Part shown: positions 50,404 through 62,885 of the stretch, piece after piece
Position numbering within the stretch: the first letter of the stretch is position 1
How the letters are laid out: every line of letters starts with the position of its first letter
Source: Mobula hypostoma
Lineage: Eukaryota
NCBI RefSeq assembly: GCF_963921235.1
Contig: NC_086097.1
Coordinates: 32,986,001-33,050,000, forward strand
Length of the DNA: 64,000 nucleotides
Direction: 5' to 3'
Position numbers and translations under genes: made by a program
Notes under the pieces: generated by a model
The model's input: only the letters and a program-made list of their open reading frames with translations
Told to the model about the DNA's origin: nothing
Databases searched by the model: none

Positions 50404-53400
50404 TTTTTTAAAATTTTTATTTGGATAATGTATTTGCATGTATTATACAAACCTTTTTTTACATGTATAACCTTTTCCATTTTTTTATGTATGTATAGAT
50501 CTATAATTATTTATACATTCACAATTACACATTGAGATGATATAAAAAGTAATTAAGCACTTAAATAGATAATTATGTGCAGTTGTAATTCCACTCTATT
50601 AGTCTAAGTATTGATAATGGTTGTGAAAAAATAGTAATAATAGTGGATTAATAATAATTTCCATGTTTCTCTTCTGGACCGTTTCTTTCTGGTCCAATAT
50701 ATTGTATGGAACCCTATGTAACTTCCATCGTAGGTGTTTATATCTTAACTCGTTCATGTTTGCTCCTACCCACCAACATACTCATCCAATCCCTATGTAC
50801 TTATTTACTTCATTTTATCATTTTTTTTTCCTTTCCCAAATCTTTTCCTTTAATTGTGTTAATTCCCCGTTTTCCAAAAAAAAGAACAGTAAACATTCGA
50901 ACCAAGGGTGCTTACTTTAACACTATTACTATGTTGATGAGGAAAGCTGTATAAACCATTAGGAGAGTCATCTAAAGTCTGCTCACTTTGGGGTTATGAA
51001 TTCAATCCATTTATTCCAAATCTGATAAAATTTTTCTTTTTGAATTCTCAGGGAGTAAGTCATCTTTTCCATTTTAAATATTTCCAAAATAATTTCATGC
51101 GAATCTTCTAATGTAGGTGATACTGGACTTAGCCACTTTCTGGTGATAGATTTTTTACTTGCTGCTAAAAGGGCCTGCAGCAGCTTTATATCTTTCTTCT
51201 GTTCCAAAATTAATACATGCCCCAAATAGAGAGTCTCAAAGTTCAGAGATATCTGGGTCATAAATACCTTAACTAATGTTCTGTGAATACCTTTCCAATA
51301 TAAACTTAATTTAGGGCAATCCCAAAAAATATGGAAGTGATTTGCCTCCTTTTAGCCACACCTTCTTTACCTTCTCTGGGGTCTTGAAGTATCTTATAAT
51401 ATTTTCCCAACAATGTTCTCTCCAAACCAAAGAGTTAGTCGAAGACCACTGAAAGCTGCATATTTTCCCCCAAGCCGCCTCTGGAAGTACCAACCCCGCT
51501 TCTTTCTCCCACTTCTCTTTAATATACAATGTGTTTTCATTTTTGGCATGAGAGAGAGCATTATATAATCAAGAAATTGATTTACGTGGTATTGAACTGT
51601 AAGCCGAATTCAGAATCTTGAAAAATTCTAATTCTACTGTTGATAAATCTGTATATCTACCACTCTGGTTAACATAGTGTCGTACTTGAAGGTACCTAAA
51701 GAAGTCATTGTGTTCTAGGCCATGTTTGTCCTGCAGGGATTGAAAACTTTGTAATAATCTTTTATGTGTGAATGAGAGGTAGGTTGTAAGACTTTTCTTG
51801 ATCCATAGTTCAAATCTTTTATCTCCTCTGCTGGGGAGGAACTCAGTATCATATGCACACCATCTGAAAAGTTTAACATGTTATTGATTCCACATGAGTT
51901 AGCCACCTTCTACCATACTTTTAATGTGAGATTTATCCCGCTATTTTTAAACTTTTCCAATTGGGCCATCAATCCTTTGTCCGCTATTGAGGCCTGTAGA
52001 GGAAAACTGTCAATCAATCCAAATTCTACTTCCTTCCATGGAGCCTTATATTCCCTATTACACCAATATAACAGAGGGGTTATCTGTGAAGCATAAAAAT
52101 AATTTCTCAAGCAAGGAAGTGCCATACCTCCTCCTTCCTTCCCTAAGTGTAAGGTGTTAAATCGGATTCTAGGTTTCTTTCCTTGCCAGATAAAGCGGGA
52201 AATCCATTTGTCCCATTCCCTGAATTGATTATTGTCCACCTCCACAGGTAAAGTCTGGAAAAGATACAATAACCAAGGGAGAATATTCATTTTTATGGTA
52301 TTTATCCTTCAATTTAAACTTAAAAAGGCGATAAGATTCCATCTATGCATATCTGCTTTTATCTCTGAAATTAATGGCCCATAATTTACCTGTGACAAGG
52401 TTGAAAGATCTTTTGGCAGGGTTATTCCTAAATATTTTAATGATTTAGCTTCTCACTTAAGATCATATGTATCCTGCAGTTTTTTGGATGTTGTATAATT
52501 TAGGAACATAACCTGCGTTTTCCTTACATTAATTTTATAACCTGATATTTTCCCAAACTCATCCAACTGTGTAAAAAATCCTATAAATGATTTCTCTGGT
52601 TCGCTCAGATAGACTAAAATGTCATCTGTGAATAACGCCACTTTCTGTTCAATCCCTGCCACCTTGATACCATTTACAATTTCACTGTCTTATTATTTGA
52701 GAAAGAGGATCAATGTATAGTGCAAAAGGACAGGAGGAATTGGGCATCCCTGTCTAGTTCCTCTCTAAAATAAAGGAGTCAGAGAGGTCCCCATTTATCT
52801 TAATTCAAGCTGTAGGGCTGTCATATAAAGTCTGGATTACCTTAGTAAACTTCTCTTGAAAGCCGAATTTTCCTAACACTCTGTATAGGAATAGCCAACT
52901 AACTGAATTAGAAGCTTTCTCAACGTCTAATCCCACTACCATTGTCTCTGTCCCGTTCTTAGTAACCTGTTCTAGTATGTGTAAAGTTCTCCTTATGTTG
53001 TCCTGAGTTTGTCTTTGTAGAATAAATCCAGTCTTGTCTAAGTGAATGAGGCCAGGTAGAAGCTTTTCCAGTCTGCGCGCTAATATAGATGTAAATAATT
53101 TGTAATCCAAATTAAGAACGCTGACTGGCAGGTAATTACCACATTCTAGTTTATCTTTACCCTCTTTAGGAATAACTGAAATAATTGCTTATCTCCAGGA
53201 AGGTGGAATTTCTCCTCTCTGTAAGATCCAATTAAAGATGTTAAGTAATAATGGGGCTAACTGTGACTTCAGCGATTTGTACCATTCTGAGGTAAACCCA
53301 TCAGAACCTGAAGATTTTCCGGCCTTTAATCTAGAGATCGCTGCGTTCGGTTCTTTGGCAGTTACCGGTTCTAATAGGCATTCATTTTGTAAATCTGTGA

Positions 53401-54255
53401 GCTTGGGTAGATCTAAAGAATTCAGGAAAGTGTCTATATAGGGCTCATTGGAAGCCCGGGGTTGAGAGTACAGCTCTCGATAATATGTTTCAAAACTCTC
53501 TTGAATTTTCCCTATTGTACTCTCCACAAGCTTTGTTTTTGGATTCTTTATTTTATGAATTGTATTGTTTGCTTGTTGCTTACGTAATTTATATGCTAAT
53601 AATCTAGCTGATTTACCTCCTACTCCATAATTCTTCTGTTGCAGGTAAAGAAAATTTCTTTGAGTTTCCAATGTATAAATATCATCAATTTCACTTTGCA
53701 ATTTCTTAATTTCCTATTTTAAATTAGAGTTAATTTTGTTGCTATCTACAACTTGAAGTTGTTTTAATTTTCCTTGAAGGTCTGCTAATTTTTGTGCATT
53801 GATTTTTTTCATGTGAGTGGTAATGGAAATAATTTTTCCTCTCAGTACAGCTTTCAATGTATCCCATAAAATCACTGTAGCGTAGGTTTTTGTCCCTTTG
53901 TCATAAAAGTCTCTTAGCCGAGCTGGATACGGGGTCTGGAATCTGATGTTGTTTACCTTCAGGACCCTCCGTGCCTCCGCGTATTCCTTCCGTCTGGCAA
54001 GGGTCCCCAGTGCGTAATCATGGTCAAAGCTGATTTTACAGTTGCTCCACATGAAACTTTTCTTTTGCCATGCCCGTTTAACGATTTCCTTCGTTCTGTA
54101 ACTGAGAAATCTGATTAGAATTGGTCTGGGATGGGCGCCTGCTGGGGGCTGTGGTGCCAACGCACGGTGGGCCCTTTCTATCTGTAGGTCTTTTGTGTCC
54201 GGTATATCAAGGTTTTCTCTATGCAGCTTCTCCACGAAGGGAATCACCAATCCCT
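50404..54255 (-). mobile_element. Second L1-clade LINE, 5'-truncated, with the APE domain deleted
   Basis: ORF1 RRM/CTD (IERAHRAL, ILIRFL, FDHDY, YPARL), then ORF2 linker (ILWDTLKAVLRG), RT (KSSGSDGF, DYKLFTSILARRL, LFTDD) and C-terminus (IWNKWIEF). A-rich tail near 50404. Confidence 0.9.
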
Positions 54256-54347
54256 GTCCTTTCTGAAACATCTAAAGCCTGGCACTTGAAGTAACCATTC
54301 CTGCCCCTGAGCCATCCAAGTCTCTGTAAAGGCCACAACATCATAGC

Positions 54348-55526
54348 TCCGGTCACTCAGTTTTTGAGGACGGCATGCTGTAGGTAGATTTGCAACTGTG
54401 CCATAGTCTCTCCATTTCTTGATGATTGATTTAACTACTCCAAGGGATATTCAGTGACTTGGAAATTTTCTTATACCCATCTCCTGACTTGTGCTTTTCA
54501 ATAATATTTTTGTGGAATTGCTTGGAGTGTTCTTTTGTCTTCATGGTGTAGTTTTTGCTAGGATACTGACTCAACAGCAGTTGAATCTTCCAGATACAGG
54601 CATATTTTTACTACAATCAATTGAAACACCTTGACTGCACACAGATGATTTCCATTTAACTAATTGGTTGGTTGTTCGTCTATCGTTGACGTCGATGAGG
54701 ACCTCGACACCATTATGATGGTGTTGAGACTAGCGCGTGATTTGGATTTAAGTGAGGGAGAGTTGCGCAGTGTCAGCCTCACTCTCTCTTCCCAATTTCC
54801 ATCTGGATCCAGTGGCAAGACAGAGTCTAGATGGCTGGAGTTGGGACTAGGTGCAGTGGATGACCAGGACGTCTTCTGTGTCTTGTCCTGCTCTACACGT
54901 TCCACGACGCTTGCAGAGACCGCCTTCTTGACCGTTGGACCTTCCATAGGTCTCGTCCGCTCAATCCGCCAGAGTCTGCCTTCACATGCTGGGATAGACA
55001 ACTCCCTATCACACCGAGGGTTTGAGACCCGTCGGCCACTCTCACCTGGTTTAGCTGGCTTGTCGAAGCCGTTGCCCGGGGTGTGGCCGCTGTCGCATGC
55101 AAACAGCTACGGGGAGCCACAGGTGAGAGCTGAGTGCCAGGTGGGGACCAAAGGTGGACTAACCGCCCTGAAAAGGATGCGACATGTTCCCCCACCAGAG
55201 GTACTACCCCTCCCTGACACCCCATACACCCCAAGAAGTTACTAATTATGCAACTTCTAAAACCTGTTGGTTGCACCAGTGATGATTTGGTGTGTCATAT
55301 TAAAGGGGGTGAATACTTATGCAATCAATTATTTTTGTGTTTTATATTTGTAATTAATTTAGATCACTTTGTAGAATTTTGTTTTCACTTAGAGACGAAA
55401 GAGTTTTTCTGTTGATCAGTATCAGAAAAAGCCAAATTAAATCCCCTGTGATTCAGTGTTGTAAAACAATGAAACATGAAAACTTACAAGTGAAGGGGGT
55501 TGTGAATTTTTTTTTAGGCATTGTAT
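54348..55526 (-). mobile_element. Tc1-like DNA transposon left end (IR/DR) and transposase N-terminus
   Basis: From ATG at 54544: MKTKEHSKQFHKNIIEKHKSGDGYKKISKSLNIPWS..KSIIKKWRDYGTVANLPTACRPQKLSDR (paired-like HTH, one frameshift). Repeated ggggg(t..)tgaat motifs at ~55305 and ~55495. Terminal ..aggcattgTA. Confidence 0.88.
54666..55240 (+). mobile_element. 575-bp GC-rich short retroposon, probably RTE-related and non-autonomous
   Basis: 7-bp TSD actaatt at 54659-54665 and 55241-55247. Cleanly interrupts the Tc1 element. The RTE assignment and strand rest on recalled similarity only. Confidence 0.7.
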
Positions 55527-55935
55527 AGAGAAAGGTTGAATAGGTTAGGATTTTTTCCCCTAGAACTTAGAAGAATGAGGGGAGATTTGATAGAGGTATG
55601 CAAAATTATGAAGGGTAAAGATAGGGTAAATGCAAGCAGTCTTTTCCTACTGAGTTTGGGTGAGACTAGAACTAGAGGTCATGGGTTAAGGGTAAAATGT
55701 GAAATGTTTAAGGGGAACATGAGGGGGAGCTCCTTCACTCGGAGGGTGGTAAGAGTGTGGAACGAGCTACCGGCAGAAGTGGTGGATGCAGGTTCGATTT
55801 CAACATTGAAGTGAAATTTGGATAGGTACATGGATGAGAGGGGTATGGTGGGCTGTGGTCTGGATGCAAGTCAGTAGCACTAGGCAGATTAATAGTTTGA
55901 CGTGGTCTGTTTCTGTGCTGCAGTGTTCTATGACT
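55527..55935 (+). mobile_element. CR1 3' fragment
   Basis: RLNRLGFFPLELRRMRGDLIEV..TRGHG..FTRRVVRVWNELP. Confidence 0.9.
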
Positions 55936-55971
55936 TTAACATGGAACATTACACTACAGTACAGGCCTTTC

Positions 55972-58775
55972 CAGTCCTGGGTATGACTCTAAACTGCAAC
56001 CAGTGTTGAGGCTCTGATTGGGGACTTTCAGAGCTTTGGGGAAAGTGGAGTTATCCCTTAGTCATTCATTGCTCCCAGGGCGGCTCTGACCCGGAACGGT
56101 AGCACCTGCAAGGGTTCCTGCTCAGGATATGAGCGAAGGCCAACGGCAGATCCGGCAGGTTCAGTATCTGAACTTATGACAGAGAAGGTGTATGAGCTAC
56201 GACCTCAAATGTCAACAGCTATAGTATAGGCGGGTGAACATTTGGGAAGAGAAATGACGATTTCTTTAGTTCGCTCAACAGTAGGCAATAGCAAAACACC
56301 GTTGCAATTTGCTAAGAAAGCCATGGTCAAACTCACAAAGTGTATAACATAACAACAGCGTCAAGAGGATCTTCAAGACAACTCTGAAGATGTTTCGCTC
56401 GGTAGGGTTGATTCTGGCCAGCAGGGGATCCCCGACCGTCATCAAGCTACTAGTCATAAATTTAAAGTAACATGAAAGGAAATTATTGCCACTTGGAATG
56501 TAAGAACCCTATATCAAGCAGGAAGTTTGGACAATATGATAAATGTCTATAGTTTATTACTATAAACCAAAACTATAAACTCAGTGACTCAATGCAAAAT
56601 ATATCCAGGTGCAGAGTGTAATAGTGACCATAACCCAGTAGTATGTCATGTAAAAGTAAAACTTAAAAAACTAAAGAAGCAAATACCTGAACAATCCCTT
56701 GACTACTTGCAATTAATTAAAGAAGAAAACTTAAGACAACAATTTACAATTGAAGTAAGGAATAGACTTCAAAGTCTAGAAATAGGATCTGTTGAAGATG
56801 ATAGCAATCATGTAGAAATGAAATTTAACTCTCTAAAGGATGCCTTGGTAGAATCAGCAAAGTCAGTGATTCCTAAAGAAGAAAAAAGCACAAAGAATAA
56901 ATGGATGAGAGATGAAATCAAAAATCTAATGGAAGGAAGGAGACGGAAGAAAGCAAATCCTATAGAATATAAGTCCTTAGATAAAAAAAGTTAAAAGCTT
57001 ATGTCAAAAAGCCAAAGAAGAATGGTTAAACCAGGAATGTGAGCAAATAGGAAGAATCCCTATTACTGAACCAAAAAGGTTACATCAACAAATCAAGAAT
57101 ATCACTGGTAAAAGGCCCCTCTGTTCTTCAGGTGGATGTTTGAAAGCAAAGGACGGTGCCATTATTGTGGAAAAAGATGAGATTATGAACAGATGGACTG
57201 AGTATATTCAGGAATTGTTTGAAGACGATCGAGGTAAAAAATCAGAAATTAAGAGAAACATTAAAGGTCCAAGTATTTTAAAATCTGAAGTTCGTAATGC
57301 AATAAATAAGATGAAGAAAGCAAAGGCAGCAGGTCCTGATGAATTAGTAACAGAACAAATTATTGCCCTTGAAGATTATGGAATTGAAAAACTTACTGAT
57401 TTAATCAATAACATTTATGAGACTGGAATAATACCAGAAGAGATGAAAAAATTCAGTATTTATCACTCTTCCTAAGAAAGCTGGAGCAATAGAATGTGAA
57501 TTACATAGGACCGTAAGTTTAATGAGTCATATCACCAAGATACTTCTAAGAATTTTGATGACAAGAGCTAAAAGTAAGATACAAGCTGAAAAAGGCAAAG
57601 AACAATGTGGTTTTGTGAAAGACAAAGGTAAAAGAAACGCAATATTGGCGTTAAGGATACTATCAGAATGAGCTATTCAAGTGCAAAAAGATTTATTTGT
57701 TTGTTTTATCGACTACACAAAAGCATTTGATAAAGTGAAGCACAATAGGTTATTTGAAATATTACAGAAAACTCCAGATCTAGATTCGAAAGACTTCTGC
57801 CTAATCAGAAATCTGTACTGGGAACAAACTGCCGCTGTAAGAATAGGTGGAGAAGTGAGTCAGTTTACGAAAATCAAGAGAGGCGTTGGACAAGGGTGAG
57901 TTTTCTCCCCTGATTTATTTTATATGTACAGTGAAACAATATTACAAAAAATAAGAGACATCTTGGGAATCAAAGTTGGTGGTGAAAACATCAATAATTT
58001 CAGATATGTAGATGATACTGTATTAATTGCAAGTACGGAGGAAGAACTACAAAACTTAATTGATATAATTGTTGAAGAGAGTGCAAAAATAGGTCTATCT
58101 ATCAATTGCAAAAAGACAGAATGTATGGTGATATCCAAAAAGAAGGAGAATCCTTGGGGAAGACATAAAACAAGTAAAGAACTTTTGCTACTTTGGAAGC
58201 TGGATGCCATAAGATGGCAGGTGTGACTTGGACATCAAAAGAAGAGTAGGGATGGCAAAAGACACCTTTACGAGAATGAAGAGTATACTGACTAATACTA
58301 AACTAGGCATGACAACTTGCCTCGGAGAAATATTACTGAAATATTATGTTTATCCAGTTACGTTATATGGCCCAGAATGTTGGATGATATCCAGTTACAT
58401 GAGGAAACGAATTGTAGCAGCAGAGATGTGGTTTTTGAGGAGGATGCAAAGAATATCATGGACAAAAGGAATATCTAATGAAGGTGTCATGAACAGAGCA
58501 AATACGAAAGGAGAAATACTGTATGAGATCATAAAAAGGCAACATAACTTCATTGGACATGTGATTAGGAAAGAGGAGTTAGAATGCACGGTAATTATGG
58601 GAAAGATTGAAGGGAAGAAAGCAAGAGGAAGACAAAGACAAATGATGATGGAGACAGCAGCCAGAGAATTGGAAATGAATACCAATGAATTGATCCACTT
58701 GACCCGAAACAGGAGTGTGTTGGCCATGGCAGTCAAAGCTCAAACTGGGCATGGCACCTGATGTTGATGATGATG
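55972..58775 (+). mobile_element. RTE-clade LINE, full span with an internal APE deletion
   Basis: 11-bp TSD acaggcctttc at 55961-55971 and 58776-58786. (tga)n tail. ATWNVRTL start, SDHNPV, KAAGPD, FIDYTKAFDKV, NFRYVDD and RTE-type GKIEGKKARGRQR C-terminus. Confidence 0.94.
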
Positions 58776-58786
58776 ACAGGCCTTTC

Positions 58787-59930
58787 AGTTCACAATATTG
58801 TACTAACCTTGTAACCTACTCTAAGATTAATGTAACCCATCCCTTGCACATAGTAGCCCTCCATTTTGTTATTATCCATGTGCCTATCTAAGTTTCTTAA
58901 ATACCCCTAACCTTCCTGGCAGCATGTTGCACGCACCCACTGCTCTTTGTGTAAAAAAAAATACTTTCCACTGATTTCTCACCTCTACTTTCCTCCAGTC
59001 ATCTTAAAATGTTGCCCAAATGTTGCCCATTTGTATCAGCTATTTCTGTCCTGGGATAAAGTCTCTTACTGTCCACTGTATCATCTTGTACACTTTTATC
59101 TCTCATCACCTCTCATCCTCCTTCATTGTAAAGAGAAAATTCCTAGTTTGCTCAACTTTGCCTCATAACACATGCCCACTAGTCCAGGTAGCACCCTGGT
59201 AACTCTCCTCTGCACCCTCTCTAAAGCTTCCACATTCTTCCTATAATGAGGTGACCAGAACTGAACTTAATACTCCAAGTGTGGTCTATCTTGCGGCTCT
59301 TGAACTCAATTTCCACCCCCCCACTGCAACTAGTTAAGACCAACAGACCATATGTTTTCTTAACTACCTTATCAACTTTCACAGCAAAATTTAGAAATAA
59401 AAGCAGAATCACATTTAATATACGGGCATATGTTGTGAAATTCGTTGTTTTGTGGCATCAGTACATTACAATACATAATAAAACATTTTAAATTGCGATA
59501 AGAAACATATTTTGAAATATATTTTAAAAAGTTAAATTAAATAAGTACGTTTGTAGTTCAAAATGGGAACAAAAAAAGGAAAAAAAAATTGATGTAGTAT
59601 TAATTGGTTGGTTCATTGTTTATTCAGAAATCTGATGGCAGAGGGTAAGAAATTGTTCCTAAAACGTTGAGTGTGTGTCTTCAGGATCCAGTACCACCTC
59701 CTTGATGGTTGCAGTGAGAAAAAGGCATGTCATGGGAGATGGGGATTCTTAATGATGCATGCTGCCTTTTTGAGGCATGTTCCTTGAAGATGTCCTTGAT
59801 TCTGGGGAGCCTTGTACCCATGATGGAGCTGGCTGAGGTTGTGGACCCCAAGATCCCTCTGTTCCTCCACACTGCTAAGAATCCTGCCATTAACCCTGTA
59901 TTCTGCCTTCAAATTTGTCCATGTTGTAAC
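58787..59930 (-). mobile_element. CR1 3' fragment (target of the RTE) with a nested Rex1 3' fragment (~59395-59835)
   Basis: CR1 remnants (KVVKKTYGLL; EEQRDLGV) flank Rex1-type 3' UTR sequence. The CR1 tail lies at ~55938-55960, on the other side of the RTE. Confidence 0.72.
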
Positions 59931-60084
59931 TTGTAAGAATAAGAAAAACATGATTAATTGGAGGCATATTTGCTTATTCAGTTTGGATGAGCCATCCAAT
60001 TAATCCCACTTACATATAACATAGAAGTGTACTGCACAGGAACAAGCCCTTCTGTGCCAACCATGATACATTTTAAATTGGTAA

Positions 60085-60530
60085 GTTAGTTTATTGTGGT
60101 CACGTGTACCGAGGTACAGTGGAAAAACTTGTCTGGGAATTGATTTATTATTGTCACGTAATGAAGTACAGTAAAAAAGCTTGTCTTGCATGATCAAATT
60201 ATTACATAGTACATTGAGAAAGAACAAGGTAAAATCGTAACAATATAAAAACTACAGAGAAGGTGCACTCCAGGTAGACAATACGTTGGAAGTTTATAAT
60301 GAGGTAGATTGTGAGGTCAAGAATTCATCTTATTATACTAGAGTCCTATAACAATAGGGTAGAAACTGTCCTTGAGCTGGTGGTATGCGCTTGCAGGCTT
60401 TTGTACCTTTTGCGAGAGGGGAGAAGAGAGGATGTCTGAGGTGGATGGGGTCTTTGATTATTGTGGCTGCTTTGGTGAGGCAGTGAGAAGTATACGCAGG
60501 TTCTTTGGAGGGGAGACTGTCAATCTGAAC
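60085..60530 (-). mobile_element. Degenerate Rex1-like 3' fragment
   Basis: CLTKAATIIKDPIHLRHPLFSPL remnant and repeated tttattattgtcac 3' motif. Confidence 0.6.
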
Positions 60531-61394
60531 TAATTTCTGCTGCCTGCACATGGTCTATATCCCACCTGTTTATGTTTCATGCTTTGTCTCCAGATTCCTG
60601 CAGATTTTCTCTCTCTGATCCCTCTTAGTTGAAAAGTTCTCTACTGAGGACCTCATTCTCTAATGTTGTAAAGGGAAGGGAACTTGCTGTCCTTGCCTGT
60701 GTGATTCTTTTCATATGAGCTTGACTCTAGATAACAGTCCTTGTGTGTTTGCTGGTCATTCTTTTCAAGTTGCAGCTTAGCTGGTGATTCTTGACCTCAC
60801 CACCCATCCACCCTCTGGATCTCTACACCCCCCCCCACCTCTTTTCCACTGTTTGATTTATTGGAAAATTAGTTATGATGGACAGTATTTTTAAATGCAG
60901 AGAGTCATGCATAGTTAAATGCCCTGAGTGGAAATGGAGGGTGGTTTGGGTTTGGGGTGGTTGAGGATATACGGCATTAAGTTGAGTCTATGCAGAAATT
61001 GTGGTTCTTGTCTTGTGGCAGAATTCGGAATAGATTCCAGCACTTGGTTGCCCCGACACTCTCAACTCAACTGCACTTCTGGGAAGGGTGGATGATCATG
61101 CCAGTTATCTCATCATGTCTTCTCTAGTTAAAAGAATGACTGTTTACAGGCAACATGTGTCTGTGGTATGGTGGTCTGACTAGTGTAGTGCAAAGAGGGT
61201 ACTGATTGCTCAATGAGGTAGGGCCTGTGCACTGCAGAGGCCAAGAAATCCTTTACAATTTCACCCCAGTCACAGGGTTAAACACTGGCAGCTGGGTTGG
61301 GGAGCAAGGTCCTGTCAGTACCTGTGTGGTGTAGTGCATTCATTTATGTTCTATCTCACTCCAGGGAATTGAGGCATATGGGATTAAAATATAG

Positions 61395-61675
61395 TGTACA
61401 ACATTACAGTACAGTACATGCTTTTCAGCCCATGATGTTGTGACAACCTTTTAACCTACTGTAAGATCAATCTAACCCTTCCCTCCTATATAGTTCTTGA
61501 TTTTTCTTTCATCCATGTGCCTATCTAAGAGTTTCTTAATTGTTGCTAATGTATCAGCCTCTGCCAACATCCATGGTAGGGTGTTCCACTCACTCACCAT
61601 TCTCTGTCTAAAAAGAACTTACCTCTGACATCCCCCCTGTAGTTTCTGCCAGTTATCTTAAAATGATGTCCCCTC
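61395..61675 (-). mobile_element. CR1 3' fragment
   Basis: Similar to 58790-59010 and 44330-44590 (tccatgtgcctatctaagag, cttacctctgacatc). Confidence 0.7.
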
Positions 61676-62664
61676 AGTGCAGAAAAAGTGGCACTGAGAT
61701 TAAAGATTAACTGTTGACCCGGTTGTGTGGGAGAAAATGTGCAAAGGGCTGAATGGCCTGCTCCAGCTTCTATTTCTTGTTTTCTTAAGAGTGTGATTGA
61801 ACATGCATTAGCATTTCCCTACGAGTGTGTGCATGCCATCTTTAGAGGAACTAGAGTAATCGCAAGGACCGTGGAAAGATGAAGCCAAGTTTAGTGGCAT
61901 GGGACAGAATTCTGTTTTCTTCAAGAACACACTGCACAGCATTTTGCAAAGGAAAAATCTAATAAAAGTAAAAATAAATAAACACGAGGAATAAAAACCT
62001 CTGTCATGTGCTGGTTGGGAGCCAAGCATCAGATGGTTTGCTTTGAATGCGAGGCTTCAAATTAACTTGCCTCACATGGAGACAAGCTGACCCACTTATT
62101 AAAGACTTAACTAACAACCTCTGGCAGGAGGCATTTCTCAGCTCACTGTGAAGCTTGCTTGCTTTGCTGATTCGAGACTCCCTGTGTCCGCCTTCACCAC
62201 CACCCCCGCCCCCCGCTCCCTCAGTGAAAACTAAACCTGGCCCAGGGATTTCTCTCCATTTTCTTTAAGCTGTTGCTTCATTTTATAAATTATTTGTGGA
62301 TTTCATTTTTAAGTATGTCTGTATTTTATTTTTAAGTATGTCTTTATTTTATTTTTTATATTTTGTATATAATTTGTTTTTGTCTATTGCAGTCCAAGTA
62401 CAGGCTGTACCCTTTTACCTCCCACTGCTGCCACCAACCTTTGCGCCATCCACTGTCATTATGAAACAGAGCATTCGATCTTTTCTGTTGCTTGTGGCAT
62501 TGCTTTTCTCACTCCCTTGCTCCATTGTAGCTGTAAGTTGTTTAGCCATTCATTTCTCGTTTTGGCTCTTATCAGAAGTATTGTTAACCCTAAAATCGAA
62601 TGGATTGGCCTCATCAATTGCTAGATAGCTAGCACCAAATATTAAAAGTATGCTGATTCACAGT

Positions 62665-62885
62665 TACACAGAGATTCTGCAGATGCTGGAAATCCAGAGC
62701 AACCTACATAAAATGTTGGAGGAACTCAGCAAGTCAGGTAGCATCTATAGAGGAAAATAAACAGTCGACATTTCAAGCCAGACTCTTCATCAGGACTGGA
62801 AAAGAAAGGAGCAGAAACCAGAAACAGAAGGTGGTGGAGGTGAAGTTACAAGCTGGCAGGTGGTAGATGAGATAAGGTGAGAAGG
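62665..62885 (-). mobile_element. Penelope-like terminal fragment
   Basis: gattctgcagatgctggaaatcc..ggaggaactcagcaagtcagg matches the PLE 3' ends at 2885 and 5830. A more decayed copy lies at ~63075-63290. Confidence 0.75.
62762..62798 (-). ncRNA. Minimal type I hammerhead ribozyme motif
   Basis: Reverse complement is CAGTC-CTGATGA-agagtctggctt-GAAAT-GTC-GACTG: 5-bp stem I, both core boxes and a GUC cleavage triplet. Confidence 0.68.

Noticed and set aside
54664..55245. 193-aa ORF as a protein-coding gene
   Set aside because: Coincides exactly with a TSD-flanked GC-rich insertion, starts at TTG and has no recognisable domain.
55972..56200. HDV-like ribozyme in the RTE 5' UTR
   Set aside because: I could not assign the nested double-pseudoknot pairings by eye; it needs a descriptor search.
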